A DNA stretch of 24,000 nucleotides from Promethearchaeota archaeon (GCA_048938445.1 JBHLME010000003.1:26293-50292); one strand, 5' to 3'; numbered from the stretch's first letter, positions 1 to 8,869 are shown. Numbers and translations: made by a program. Notes: a model not told the origin generated them from the letters alone.

Positions 1-184
1 TAGATGGAATTATGTATTTCTTCTTTAATTCCTCCCTTCGAATTTTTTCTTCTACCAAGCAAATAATAGACAACTCATCGAGTTTTTCATTGTCCTGGAT
101 TTTATATCCCGTCATCACTCCAACAACATTAGGTTTCTTAAATAATTCTTTTTCATGAACTTTTTTTATTTCCTGTATACTCAT
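1..184 (-). CDS. hypothetical protein, N-terminal part only (gene runs off the left edge)
   Basis: Not in the ORF track. There is a reverse-strand ATG at 184-182 preceded by GGAGGG (200-195). The frame stays open for 61 codons to position 1 (MSIQEIKKVHEKELFKKPNVVGVMTGYKIQDNEKLDELSIICLVEEK...). No family recognised. Confidence 0.4.
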   Translation of the reverse strand, partial: MSIQEIKKVHEKELFKKPNVVGVMTGYKIQDNEKLDELSIICLVEEKIRREELKKKYIIPS

Positions 185-276
185 ATTTTTTCTACCCTCC
201 TTTTAATATATTATAATTTATCATTATAAATTCAAAATATTTGAATATAATAAATACGATTTAAAAAAAAGTTGAT

Positions 277-1368
277 TTAAATTTGTGGTGCTATAAGTTC
301 AGGCATGTTTTTCACATCAATTTTTCCTTTATGGAAGATTCCCGCATAAGAAGGTTTAACATGCTGCCATGCGCCAACATTTATTATTTCTACTAGTCGG
401 TCATTTATAATGGCATCTCTTATATCCATGTCATGCGAATGACCATATACTATATAGTTTACCATTGAAAAATCGTGATCTTCATCCTCTAGGAAGTCTT
501 TTATACCGTCTAAATAATACTCAGGAGTTCTGGAGGATTGCCATAGATTTAAGATTCTCATTTGTAATTTCAATAATTCAAAATCAATAAATTTTAATTT
601 TGAAAATTGAGAATTAATAACATCGGTAGAAATCATTTTCCTGTTAATTAAATAATCTTTCATTATCCTTATCGTAATAGGACCAATTTCTTTTTTGCTT
701 TTAATTATCTCATTCCAAAAATAATCGTAAATTTGTTTGAGAATTATATTGTCTGAGTTGATTAATGATTTCCAATATGGACCTATAAAAAATCGGACTA
801 AATTATTCTCAAATTGATAACCATGCATCATCAGACATATATAACTACTATCTAAATCTAGACCATTGATTTTAATTTTTGAAATGGGTTCATTAAAAAT
901 CTGATCTCGGGAATCATATAACAGGAGCATATCCTTATTTTTCCACTTTTTTAAAACTATATATTGACAAAATGATGTTTCATCAAATAACTTGTTAAAT
1001 TTACCATCTTTAAACTTATTTAGAAATTTGTCTTTTCTACCTTTAAACTTCTGGTCATAGGTACCTGTTATAATATTACCGGTAATAGGAACCTCATGAT
1101 TTCCCAGTGCAATTATTACCGCTAATTTTCTTTTGATTTCAATTAACAGTCTAAAAATTCTCTGGATTGTGCCATCTTCCAGAAGAGTTTCTGGAATATC
1201 TGTAATCAAATCGAAAAAATCTCCTAAAATTAACAGAGCTTTTAATTGATTTCCAAATTCTCCATTATTGATATCTTCAAGAAAATTTACAAATGAAACT
1301 AAATCACTTTTTATAGCACCTAAATGAACATCTGAAACAACCAAGACTAAAGGATCGTTTTCGTACAA
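277..1368 (-). CDS. calcineurin-like metallophosphoesterase
   Basis: The ordered metallophosphoesterase motifs are present: SDVHLG (DxH), ILGDFFD (GDxxD), LGNHE (GNHE), MMHGY and YGHSHD (GHxH). A roughly 150 aa insert lies between GNHE and the distal His motifs. Confidence 0.8.
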   Translation of the reverse strand: MYENDPLVLVVSDVHLGAIKSDLVSFVNFLEDINNGEFGNQLKALLILGDFFDLITDIPETLLEDGTIQRIFRLLIEIKRKLAVIIALGNHEVPITGNIITGTYDQKFKGRKDKFLNKFKDGKFNKLFDETSFCQYIVLKKWKNKDMLLLYDSRDQIFNEPISKIKINGLDLDSSYICLMMHGYQFENNLVRFFIGPYWKSLINSDNIILKQIYDYFWNEIIKSKKEIGPITIRIMKDYLINRKMISTDVINSQFSKLKFIDFELLKLQMRILNLWQSSRTPEYYLDGIKDFLEDEDHDFSMVNYIVYGHSHDMDIRDAIINDRLVEIINVGAWQHVKPSYAGIFHKGKIDVKNMPELIAPQI

Positions 1369-1776
1369 TTTAATACCCTCGTTAAAGTAAATATTTTACA
1401 TGTGAATATAGTATTGTTAATATTTAAATTTTACACTTTTGTCAAAATATTGAATAAGGATTCAACAATACAATTTCAAGGATTTAATATAAACCATTTA
1501 ACACTTCAACCTATTTCATATTTATACCATGGAATTAATTTGGTGAAGCATTTGTTAAGAAATTTGCATTTTTTTAATAAAACTTTAAAAAAAATCATTT
1601 GCGTTAGTAAATTCTATTATTAAATCTTATCAATCAATTTTTTATTTATAATAACTTCTATAATCACTTAAAAATTCTAATTACACATTTCTCATTTCTT
1701 GCATAATTTTAATTAAAACATATATTATTCTAATCATTGAAAATTTTATTAACACATCAAGAAGGTAATTGACCAT

Positions 1777-2466
1777 TTGTACGACTATTTTTTATTTGAC
1801 TTAGATAATTGTTTATTACACATACCTAATCCTAGCGATTACTTTGATAATATTTTATTAAAAACTTTAAAGAAATTATCAATTAAAAGTACACTACCTA
1901 ATAGAAAGGAACGAAATTCATTTTGGCTTTCTGGAGAGAACTACTTGAATTTATTAAAGAAATGGGGAATAACTGATAGTCAATATTTTTGGAAATATTT
2001 TGATGAAATTGATTTTCAATATAGAAAGCAACTCTTTGATAATGGGGAGATATACATCTATAATGATGTTATGAAAACACTTAAAGAATTAAGAAATATG
2101 AATAAAAAAATAGGTTTAGTATCAAATACAGCAGATTATATAGTTGATTATTTCTTAGAAAAGCTAAATATCTCTCTTTTTTTTGATGAAACTTTAGGTT
2201 TAGGATTCGATAAAGACCAATCAATTGCTAAACCATCCCCAAAAGGAATTATATTTGTATTAAATAGTTTAAATTTCAATCCTAAAAATTCGAAAGCAAT
2301 CATGATAGGTGATTCACGCGTGGATATTTTCGCAGCAAAACGAGCAAATATTACTGCTTGCTTGCTTAAAAGAGATGAATATAAATACCCAAATAGAAAT
2401 GACTGGGAATCATTTCCTGATTATGAAATAGACTCCTTAAATGAGCTTTTTCGGATTCTGGATTGA
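1777..2466 (+). CDS. HAD-superfamily hydrolase (phosphatase-like)
   Basis: HAD motif I is FLFDLDNCL (DxD), motif II is LVSNT, and motif III/IV is K...MIGDSRVDIFAA. The track start is TTG, so the exact start is uncertain. Confidence 0.8.
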   Translation: MYDYFLFDLDNCLLHIPNPSDYFDNILLKTLKKLSIKSTLPNRKERNSFWLSGENYLNLLKKWGITDSQYFWKYFDEIDFQYRKQLFDNGEIYIYNDVMKTLKELRNMNKKIGLVSNTADYIVDYFLEKLNISLFFDETLGLGFDKDQSIAKPSPKGIIFVLNSLNFNPKNSKAIMIGDSRVDIFAAKRANITACLLKRDEYKYPNRNDWESFPDYEIDSLNELFRILD

Positions 2467-2585
2467 AAGGTTTTTATTTAAAGTTCTAATTTTTGTTGAT
2501 ATAACTGGTATTTGACTTTAATTAAACAAAAACTTTATTAATCTTAGACATTTTTGTAAAGAATAATGATAATAATCAACAAAAA

Positions 2586-3194
2586 ATGAAAAAACGATCT
2601 AAGATGTTAGATAAATTACATGATAAAATGGAATGCTTTTTTGGATTTTTTGGAGTCATTATCGCGGGTATATTTGTCATAACCGCTGCATTTCTCACTC
2701 CTGGGTATAATCCAATATTTAATAATGTGAGTGATTTATTAGGAGGGACTGCAAAATCATTATTCAGCATTGGATTTGTTATTGGCGGTTCTTTAGGAAT
2801 CCCTTTTTATATATATCTTGAAAGAAAATTAACTGGAATAAATGAAATTATAAGGAGAATTGCTACTGGTGTCTCAATTTTTACGTGTGTATGCATTGCT
2901 TTGGTTGCAATAGGTCCAGAGGGCGCTTATCCGGATCTTTATATGGTTTTTCATGGATTCGTAGCATTTATTTCCTTTGTAGGATCGGTTACTTATATTG
3001 GATTTTTCAGTATTTTAATGATAAGGGATGAAAATACTTATTTTCCAAAATACTATGCTTATTTTGGATTTATAATCGTTATTGTCTTAGGAATTTATTA
3101 CTTAACTTTATCATTACCCTTGATTCAATGGACATTAACCATTTTAATACTTGCATGGATTTTGTTGATAAGCACGCATTTAATTTTGCATTAA
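2586..3194 (+). CDS. integral membrane protein (about 6 TM), unknown function
   Basis: Six hydrophobic helices are spread along the 202 aa. The layout is reminiscent of small DUF998-type membrane proteins, but that assignment is from memory only. Confidence 0.55.
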   Translation: MKKRSKMLDKLHDKMECFFGFFGVIIAGIFVITAAFLTPGYNPIFNNVSDLLGGTAKSLFSIGFVIGGSLGIPFYIYLERKLTGINEIIRRIATGVSIFTCVCIALVAIGPEGAYPDLYMVFHGFVAFISFVGSVTYIGFFSILMIRDENTYFPKYYAYFGFIIVIVLGIYYLTLSLPLIQWTLTILILAWILLISTHLILH

Positions 3195-3436
3195 CATTTT
3201 AAGAAAAATAATCAAATGATCTTGAATCTAATGATATCCTGAATGTATGATATTATAATCCAGTATGTTGCCAATAAATTATGCAATAATCTAATATTAC
3301 ACGTGCCTTTTTTATAATTTTCTTTAATTTCGTCGATTATTCGCATTTTTTCATTAAATTCTTTTATTTAAATAAAATTAAATAATCTCACTGATTTTTA
3401 TCCAATACCAGATATAATAATTGAAAAAAATATATA

Positions 3437-5155
3437 ATGAAAAACGAAGAAGAGTCTTTAAGGTTAAAAGTATGGCGGATAGTGAATTTAGTCCAATCAA
3501 ATCAATTATATGTCCATTCCAAATTCTTGGAGATTAATTTTTTAAATGAAAAAGGAAAACTAACAAAAAAAATTCTCCCTGAAATATTGACTTTATGCGT
3601 TTTAAATGCAATTGTTCCAAACTCCGCAATGATTTTAATTGGAGGTCATGGCGGTGGTAAAAGCACCATTTGTAAGTTTCTAGGGCGAATGTTTACAGGG
3701 AGCTCAATGAATGAGGTTGAGCAAGCAATAATCCGGGGACATCCACAACTAACAGAAGAAAAATTAGTTGGGACTCTAAAACTCGGGAAGTTAATGAAAG
3801 AGGGAAAGGAAGAGGTTGTATGGAGAAAATTTATCACCTCTTTTTGGAAAATTATTGATGAGGTTAATAGGTTAACTCCTCATGCACAAGATATCCTTCT
3901 TTCTCTTCTTGCAGAGGGTACAGTTAAGTATTATGATGAAGTTACCGCAATTAATAAATACTGTCTATTTGCTACTATTAATCCTCAAGATGTAGGAACC
4001 TTCGAATTGAGTTTTCCTTTTTTGGATAGATTCAGTATTTCTGTCCAGATCTCAATGCCTAAAAGCCATGACCTACAATTAATACTTTCAGGTAAAGATA
4101 CCAAATATTCAGGAATCGATGAACTCATTCAAGTTCCAAAGATTCTAAGTATTGAAGAATTAATGGAAATATGGTATTATGTAAATAGAATCGATTTTGC
4201 TAATGAAGTTAATAATTATATTCATGCCATCATTAGGGAGTTCAATCTTTGTATTAGAATTGATAAGGGAAATAGTGAAAATCTTAAACCAAGCACGGGA
4301 TTATGTTCTGGATGTCATTTTAACACCGATCAGAATATTTGTAATAAAATAGACTCCATTTTAAGCGTGAGAGTCGCAAAAGATCTATTAAGATATTCCA
4401 AGGCATTAGCTTGGTTACTGGGTCTCAATCAAATAGATGTTAATATTGTGAATACGATAGCACCTTATATTTTCTCTCATAGGATTGCGTATGTTCCAAG
4501 AGAATTAGAAAAGGCTCCTTATTGGGGTAATAAATACGAATTCTCTGAAAAGATGTTAGAATTGATACAAAAAAGGTTTAAAAATAGAGAGCCTTGTTAT
4601 CAAATTGTTGAAAGGTATAGAAATGGAAGTCCAAAAGAAATAGACTTAGCAGAGTTAAAAAAGTATGAAAAAAATGATTTAATCGTCAAAAACGACCTCA
4701 TACCATTTGTAAAAAGGGTAAATAATAAAGAATATTTCGAACTTGCTCAAAAAATTAAAAATGCTGGAAAAACAGGAAAAATTGAAGAATTAGCGAAAAT
4801 GAGGAATAATTTAATGGAAGATTTTAAAATTCCTAACCGTTCAGATCTGATTAATTGGTGTAATCAAGAACTTTATAAACAAACGGTTACAGATTATGGA
4901 ATTGAATTTCAGCACTGGAAAGAATTATGGGCGGATGTAATCACGGAATTTCCAGACTTAAATGAACCTTTCAAGGAGTTATTCAGCCAAAGACAGACTA
5001 AGCAGATACGAACTGAAGATTTATTGATTGAAGTAAATGTTACTGGAACAAATGCTAATTCATTAGTTAACATCCAAATTTCAGGTGGATCTAATGCTTT
5101 AAAATTAAGGGAAATCCTTGATAGATCAGAATATATTCAAAAAGAATCAAAATGA
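3437..5155 (+). CDS. MoxR-like AAA+ ATPase with a roughly 220 aa C-terminal extension
   Basis: Walker A is GGHGGGKST (3641-3667) and Walker B is IIDEVNR (3851-3871). Sensor and lid regions are MoxR-like: ATINPQD...FPFLDRF and VAKDLLRYSKALAWLLGLNQIDVNIVNTIAPYIFSHRI. The adjacent VWA partner gene is typical of MoxR loci. Confidence 0.85.
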   Translation: MKNEEESLRLKVWRIVNLVQSNQLYVHSKFLEINFLNEKGKLTKKILPEILTLCVLNAIVPNSAMILIGGHGGGKSTICKFLGRMFTGSSMNEVEQAIIRGHPQLTEEKLVGTLKLGKLMKEGKEEVVWRKFITSFWKIIDEVNRLTPHAQDILLSLLAEGTVKYYDEVTAINKYCLFATINPQDVGTFELSFPFLDRFSISVQISMPKSHDLQLILSGKDTKYSGIDELIQVPKILSIEELMEIWYYVNRIDFANEVNNYIHAIIREFNLCIRIDKGNSENLKPSTGLCSGCHFNTDQNICNKIDSILSVRVAKDLLRYSKALAWLLGLNQIDVNIVNTIAPYIFSHRIAYVPRELEKAPYWGNKYEFSEKMLELIQKRFKNREPCYQIVERYRNGSPKEIDLAELKKYEKNDLIVKNDLIPFVKRVNNKEYFELAQKIKNAGKTGKIEELAKMRNNLMEDFKIPNRSDLINWCNQELYKQTVTDYGIEFQHWKELWADVITEFPDLNEPFKELFSQRQTKQIRTEDLLIEVNVTGTNANSLVNIQISGGSNALKLREILDRSEYIQKESK

Positions 5156-5703
5156 GCTTCATTTAATTTATCAATTATCATATCAAGTGCTTTATTAACA
5201 TTCAATCCTGTTTTACTCGAAATTAAAAGATAACCAAAAACTTCTTCATAAGTATCTACGATTGTTCCAAGAATTTCCGTAAATAAAGCCTTTGTTTCAT
5301 CATCAACCTCATCTTCCTTGGTCCCTAGAATTAGAAGGGGGATGTCTCCACTTTCAGATAAAATATCCATCCATTCTTCTACTTTATCCAAAGTATTAAA
5401 ACGTGTCATGTCAAATAAGAAAACGGCAACGCTGGAACCATCTACAAAATCTAGTAATAATTTTCTGAACCGATCTTGTCCTCCAAAATCCCAAAATATG
5501 AGCTCATAATCCTTACCGTGATGACTCATTGTTATTTTCTTGTTAAAAAATTCTACACCCCTGGTTAATTGAGATTCATCATCAAAAGTATTATTTATTA
5601 CCTTGTTTAGAAAAGAGGTTTTACCGACTCCTCCCTCTCCACAGATTACTATCTTGATATACGAACCATTGATATTGTTCATTTTCAGATCTATATGTGT
5701 CAT
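5137..5703 (-). CDS. Ras-superfamily small GTPase (Rab/Ras-like)
   Basis: G1 is GEGGVGKT (5617-5640), the switch I Thr lies in QLTRGVEF, G3 is WDFGGQDRF, G4 is the variant GTKED (NKxD with Asn replaced by Thr) and G5 is SSKTG. It is 188 aa with no C-terminal Cys lipidation motif. Confidence 0.85.
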   Translation of the reverse strand: MTHIDLKMNNINGSYIKIVICGEGGVGKTSFLNKVINNTFDDESQLTRGVEFFNKKITMSHHGKDYELIFWDFGGQDRFRKLLLDFVDGSSVAVFLFDMTRFNTLDKVEEWMDILSESGDIPLLILGTKEDEVDDETKALFTEILGTIVDTYEEVFGYLLISSKTGLNVNKALDMIIDKLNEAHFDSF

Positions 5704-5788
5704 ATATGTTTTTTTAAATATATTCGTGAGATTTATATTTAAGAATATTATACTTAGAATAAAAATGTATAAAATTAATATTTAACGG

Positions 5789-5805
5789 TTCTATGACCCA
5801 TAGAA
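5789..5805. promoter_or_regulatory. inverted repeat TTCTATG-ACC-CATAGAA in the divergent GTPase/VWA intergenic region
   Basis: The 7-bp arms are perfect with a 3-nt spacer. The repeat lies 74 nt upstream of the VWA ATG and 86 nt upstream of the GTPase ATG. Function unknown. Confidence 0.3.
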
Positions 5806-5878
5806 TATCGATTCAATAAACTTTATAAGATATTATGATCATGAATCATCTTAGAAAGATAAATGAATAGATGTTATA

Positions 5879-7582
5879 ATGATTGAAATCGACAAAAAAA
5901 GTGAGGATAAGGTTCAAAAAAGGATAAAGGAACTTGCTAAGCGTGCTTGGGCTAAAACTTGTAAAAATTTTTACTATCCTCCTTTAAATGAGCCTCTTTA
6001 TATTTTTGATTATACTCGAAAGGAAGGTTTCTATATTGATCCTAAACATTGGCAGATAACCATGAATCTAGCCAATACGCCCCCATTTACAGAAAATAAA
6101 GAATATTTCAATTATTTTCATGCAATTACATTACACGAGGTTTCTCATTATCAAATAATCCCCTATGATGGATTATTGAACGCTAAACTATTACGAATGG
6201 CCATAAAACATGTAAACCAAATATTTGCTCCCATAGTCGTTAATATTTTTTCAGATTTAATAATAGATACGAAATTATTTCAAGATTACCCCGATCTCAT
6301 GAAATGGGAAATTGAAACCACCTATAATTATGTTATTCAAGGAAATAAAAATCAATTGAGTAAATTTAGCATGTTCTTGTTTAAAGCTTATGAAAAAATA
6401 TTTAATATTAATTTCATTGGGAGCGAACTTTATCCCGAATTAGATCTTCTAGTCGATAAAATTATTAAAATTATTTCTAAAGATTTTGAGGATGAGACAA
6501 AATGGGAGCAAAAAGTCTCAAAAGTAGCCTATCATTTAAGAGGATTAATTAATGAGACTTTTACTTTAATCAGTCCAGGAGTTTCGACTAGTAAGGGGAA
6601 AAGAAGAAAAAAAACTGATGAAAGTATTATTATCGAACTTCCAGAAGACATTTTAGAATTAATGGATAATCCTTTTGAAAATAAGAATTCAGATAAATTA
6701 AACCGTGATAATATAGATGGATTAAACGTTAAAGCAGAAGAATTTGCAAAAAATGTTCCTTATTCAGAATTTGGAGCTCCTGCAAGTCAAGCAGGTATTT
6801 TAATAGATGGAAATTCTCTTGCTACTTGGTATAGAGGTATAGCAAAAGACTTGATAAATATAAAGATATTTGAAAAAAGACCAAGTGGAAAGGTTCCAAT
6901 TTATCCCGAAACATGGAGAATTGGAGATCCAATGGAACAATTAGATGTACCCCTTTCTTTAAGTAATTATCCTGTAATGATACCAAATATTACCACTAAA
7001 AAATGGGTACTAGAAGAGGGTTCTGGGATGATGGTTGAAAAGCAACTTCCTGACATTTTAATCGTTCTAGACTCTTCGGGCTCAATGAGATGGAATATTA
7101 AAGGAAAGACGGATAATGCCCGAGGACAATATCACACGGCAATAATAGCTTCATTTGCTGCCTTACATCAAGCAGCAAGTAAAGGTGTAAAGTTTAGCAT
7201 TATTAATTTCTCTAATCATCCTGATATTTGTCAGTGGACTAGGAATATCTATGAAGCAGAAAATACAATTTTAAGATACCAGGGAGGTGGAACTGTCCTA
7301 CCAATTAAAGGAATGGTGGATCAATGCAATAAAGCTGAGAAGAAAGTTCTTGTATTATTAATTACAGATTTTGGATTATATAACTGGGAAAAATCTAAGA
7401 AGAAATTTTTAGAACTAGCCAATAAAGGCCATTTTATCATAGGGTTTTTTATTGGCGCTCAAAAAATTCCTAAAAGTAAGTTTAAAACCTTGCTTGATAA
7501 AGTAAAATTCTATCCAATAAAAAATATTAAAAAATTAATCGATCTCGTTATAGAAAACGTTAATGAGCATTTTTCCATTTGA
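5879..7582 (+). CDS. VWA-domain protein with an N-terminal HExxH putative metallopeptidase-like domain (MoxR partner)
   Basis: HEVSH sits at 6134-6148 within FHAITLHEVSHYQIIPYDG. The MIDAS motif is LIVLDSSGSM (DxSxS at 7069-7083), followed by VLVLLITDFG, which is typical of a VWA Rossmann fold. A basic patch KGKRRKK separates the two halves. Confidence 0.8.
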   Translation: MIEIDKKSEDKVQKRIKELAKRAWAKTCKNFYYPPLNEPLYIFDYTRKEGFYIDPKHWQITMNLANTPPFTENKEYFNYFHAITLHEVSHYQIIPYDGLLNAKLLRMAIKHVNQIFAPIVVNIFSDLIIDTKLFQDYPDLMKWEIETTYNYVIQGNKNQLSKFSMFLFKAYEKIFNINFIGSELYPELDLLVDKIIKIISKDFEDETKWEQKVSKVAYHLRGLINETFTLISPGVSTSKGKRRKKTDESIIIELPEDILELMDNPFENKNSDKLNRDNIDGLNVKAEEFAKNVPYSEFGAPASQAGILIDGNSLATWYRGIAKDLINIKIFEKRPSGKVPIYPETWRIGDPMEQLDVPLSLSNYPVMIPNITTKKWVLEEGSGMMVEKQLPDILIVLDSSGSMRWNIKGKTDNARGQYHTAIIASFAALHQAASKGVKFSIINFSNHPDICQWTRNIYEAENTILRYQGGGTVLPIKGMVDQCNKAEKKVLVLLITDFGLYNWEKSKKKFLELANKGHFIIGFFIGAQKIPKSKFKTLLDKVKFYPIKNIKKLIDLVIENVNEHFSI

Positions 7583-7689
7583 TTAAGTTCTTAGATTTTT
7601 AACTATAATTTAAATTTTTTAAATTATTATTTTTAATAGGTAAAAATATTTAAAAAAAATACAGTACTCAATTTTTTATTAAAAAAAAC

Positions 7690-7703
7690 TGAAGGATCCT
7701 TCA
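7690..7703. promoter_or_regulatory. perfect 14-bp palindrome TGAAGGATCCTTCA abutting the start codon at 7704
   Basis: Read directly from the sequence. It is relatively GC-rich within a pure A/T leader and contains a GAAGGA SD-like element. Confidence 0.35.
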
Positions 7704-8066
7704 ATGCCTTTTAGTATCGACATCAATAAAGAAAAAAACAGGGTGTTATTATCTTTATCTGGGATTATTCAAAAATCTGAAGAAGAAGATATGATTAAAC
7801 AAATCCAGAATGTCGATATTGAATTAAAGAGAAAATATTCTATCTTACTTGATTTAAGAGATTTTAAGATGATGGAAGATCTTCCTTATATGATTAATAA
7901 GATTAGCAAAACTTTTAAACATTTAAGATATTCTGCCTTAATTGTTCCACATTCTTATATTGGAAATAACCAAATACAAACCTTATTAGTTAAGACTAAT
8001 CATAAAGTAGAAAACCATTTTTGTGTTGATCTCAATGAAGCTAATTTATGGCTTGATTCTCTTTAA
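7704..8066 (+). CDS. small hypothetical protein, possibly STAS/SpoIIAA-like fold
   Basis: The 120 aa follow the pattern FSIDINKEKNRVLLSLSGII...ILLDLRDFKMM...ALIVP...EANLWL, which resembles STAS-like alternating strand/helix proteins. The fold call is weak. Confidence 0.4.
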   Translation: MPFSIDINKEKNRVLLSLSGIIQKSEEEDMIKQIQNVDIELKRKYSILLDLRDFKMMEDLPYMINKISKTFKHLRYSALIVPHSYIGNNQIQTLLVKTNHKVENHFCVDLNEANLWLDSL

Positions 8067-8140
8067 ATATTTATATTGAATATTGTTTTGAATCCCTGAT
8101 AATATACTACTAAAAAAAAAAGAATTTTTAAAAAAATATT

Positions 8141-8869
8141 TTAGGGTAAGGAGATTTCATTTGTATTCTCATCTAGGTTGATAAGACCTTTTAAAGCGAG
8201 CTGCTTGATAGTTCTAACCAGCATAATAGGAGGGATATCCAAGCTTTTTTTTAAATTGTCTAAATGAATATTTCCTTTTTCCATAATAGTTGCAATTATA
8301 TCAACTTCTGAAATCTCTTCGGGAGCATGATCATAGACAAACATTGGAAAGAAATTTTCCTGTTTTAAACGTGCTATTTGTTTCTCTAATTCTGCCATCC
8401 TCGCTTTTTGATCTCCTGATAATTGATTTTCTTTATTCTCATTATCAATTTTCTTTTGGTCAAGTTCCGCTTTTTCTGCTTCTTTTGCTGAAATCTTTTC
8501 GTTCAAACCATCGACTTTAGAAACAAGATTTTCAAGCTCAAATTGGGGTTTTTTGGAATCTGAAATGATTTTTTCGAGGTCTGCATTTAACTCTTGCATT
8601 TTTAATGTAGACTCTTCCTTCTTTGATCTTAATCCCTCAATTTTATTATCCATTTCTTCTGATTTTGTTTTCAAGCTCGTTAATTGGCTGTTCAATACAG
8701 ATATTTCATTATTTAATTCTTCATTTTCTTTTTCAAGAACTTTCATTAATTTATAAGTCTCGCTTAAACCTTTAATCAATTCATCATATTGTTTTTTCCA
8801 TGCTTGATTATACGTATCAAGAACTCCTTCAAATTGTTCAATAGCTCCTAACATGTCTTTAATGACCAT
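8141..8869 (-). CDS. coiled-coil protein with C-terminal winged-helix-like domain
   Basis: About 170 aa are heptad-rich and E/K/L/N-rich, followed by EVDIIATIMEKGNIHLDNLKKSLDIPPIMLVRTIKQLALKGLINLDENTNEISL (wHTH-like). Its ATG (8869-8867) directly abuts the stop of the upstream gene. Confidence 0.65.
   Translation of the reverse strand: MVIKDMLGAIEQFEGVLDTYNQAWKKQYDELIKGLSETYKLMKVLEKENEELNNEISVLNSQLTSLKTKSEEMDNKIEGLRSKKEESTLKMQELNADLEKIISDSKKPQFELENLVSKVDGLNEKISAKEAEKAELDQKKIDNENKENQLSGDQKARMAELEKQIARLKQENFFPMFVYDHAPEEISEVDIIATIMEKGNIHLDNLKKSLDIPPIMLVRTIKQLALKGLINLDENTNEISLP

Noticed and set aside
1402-1623. 73-aa ORF in the ORF track (GTG start) between the phosphoesterase and HAD genes
   Set aside because: It lies in the AT-rich divergent promoter region. 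The translation is low-complexity (F/K/I/L/N-rich), there is no RBS or motif, and it uses a non-ATG start. It is most likely a chance ORF.
2576-2770. 64-aa antisense ORF overlapping the start of the membrane protein gene
   Set aside because: It is fully overlapped by a longer, coherent TM-protein ORF on the other strand and has no motifs. The same reasoning applies to the antisense or shadow ORFs at 3646-3837, 5318-5509, 5603-5785, 8290-8520, 8553-8756, 15926-16135, 17355-17564, 19338-19673, 19670-19876, 20093-20284, 20747-21148 and 21179-21409.
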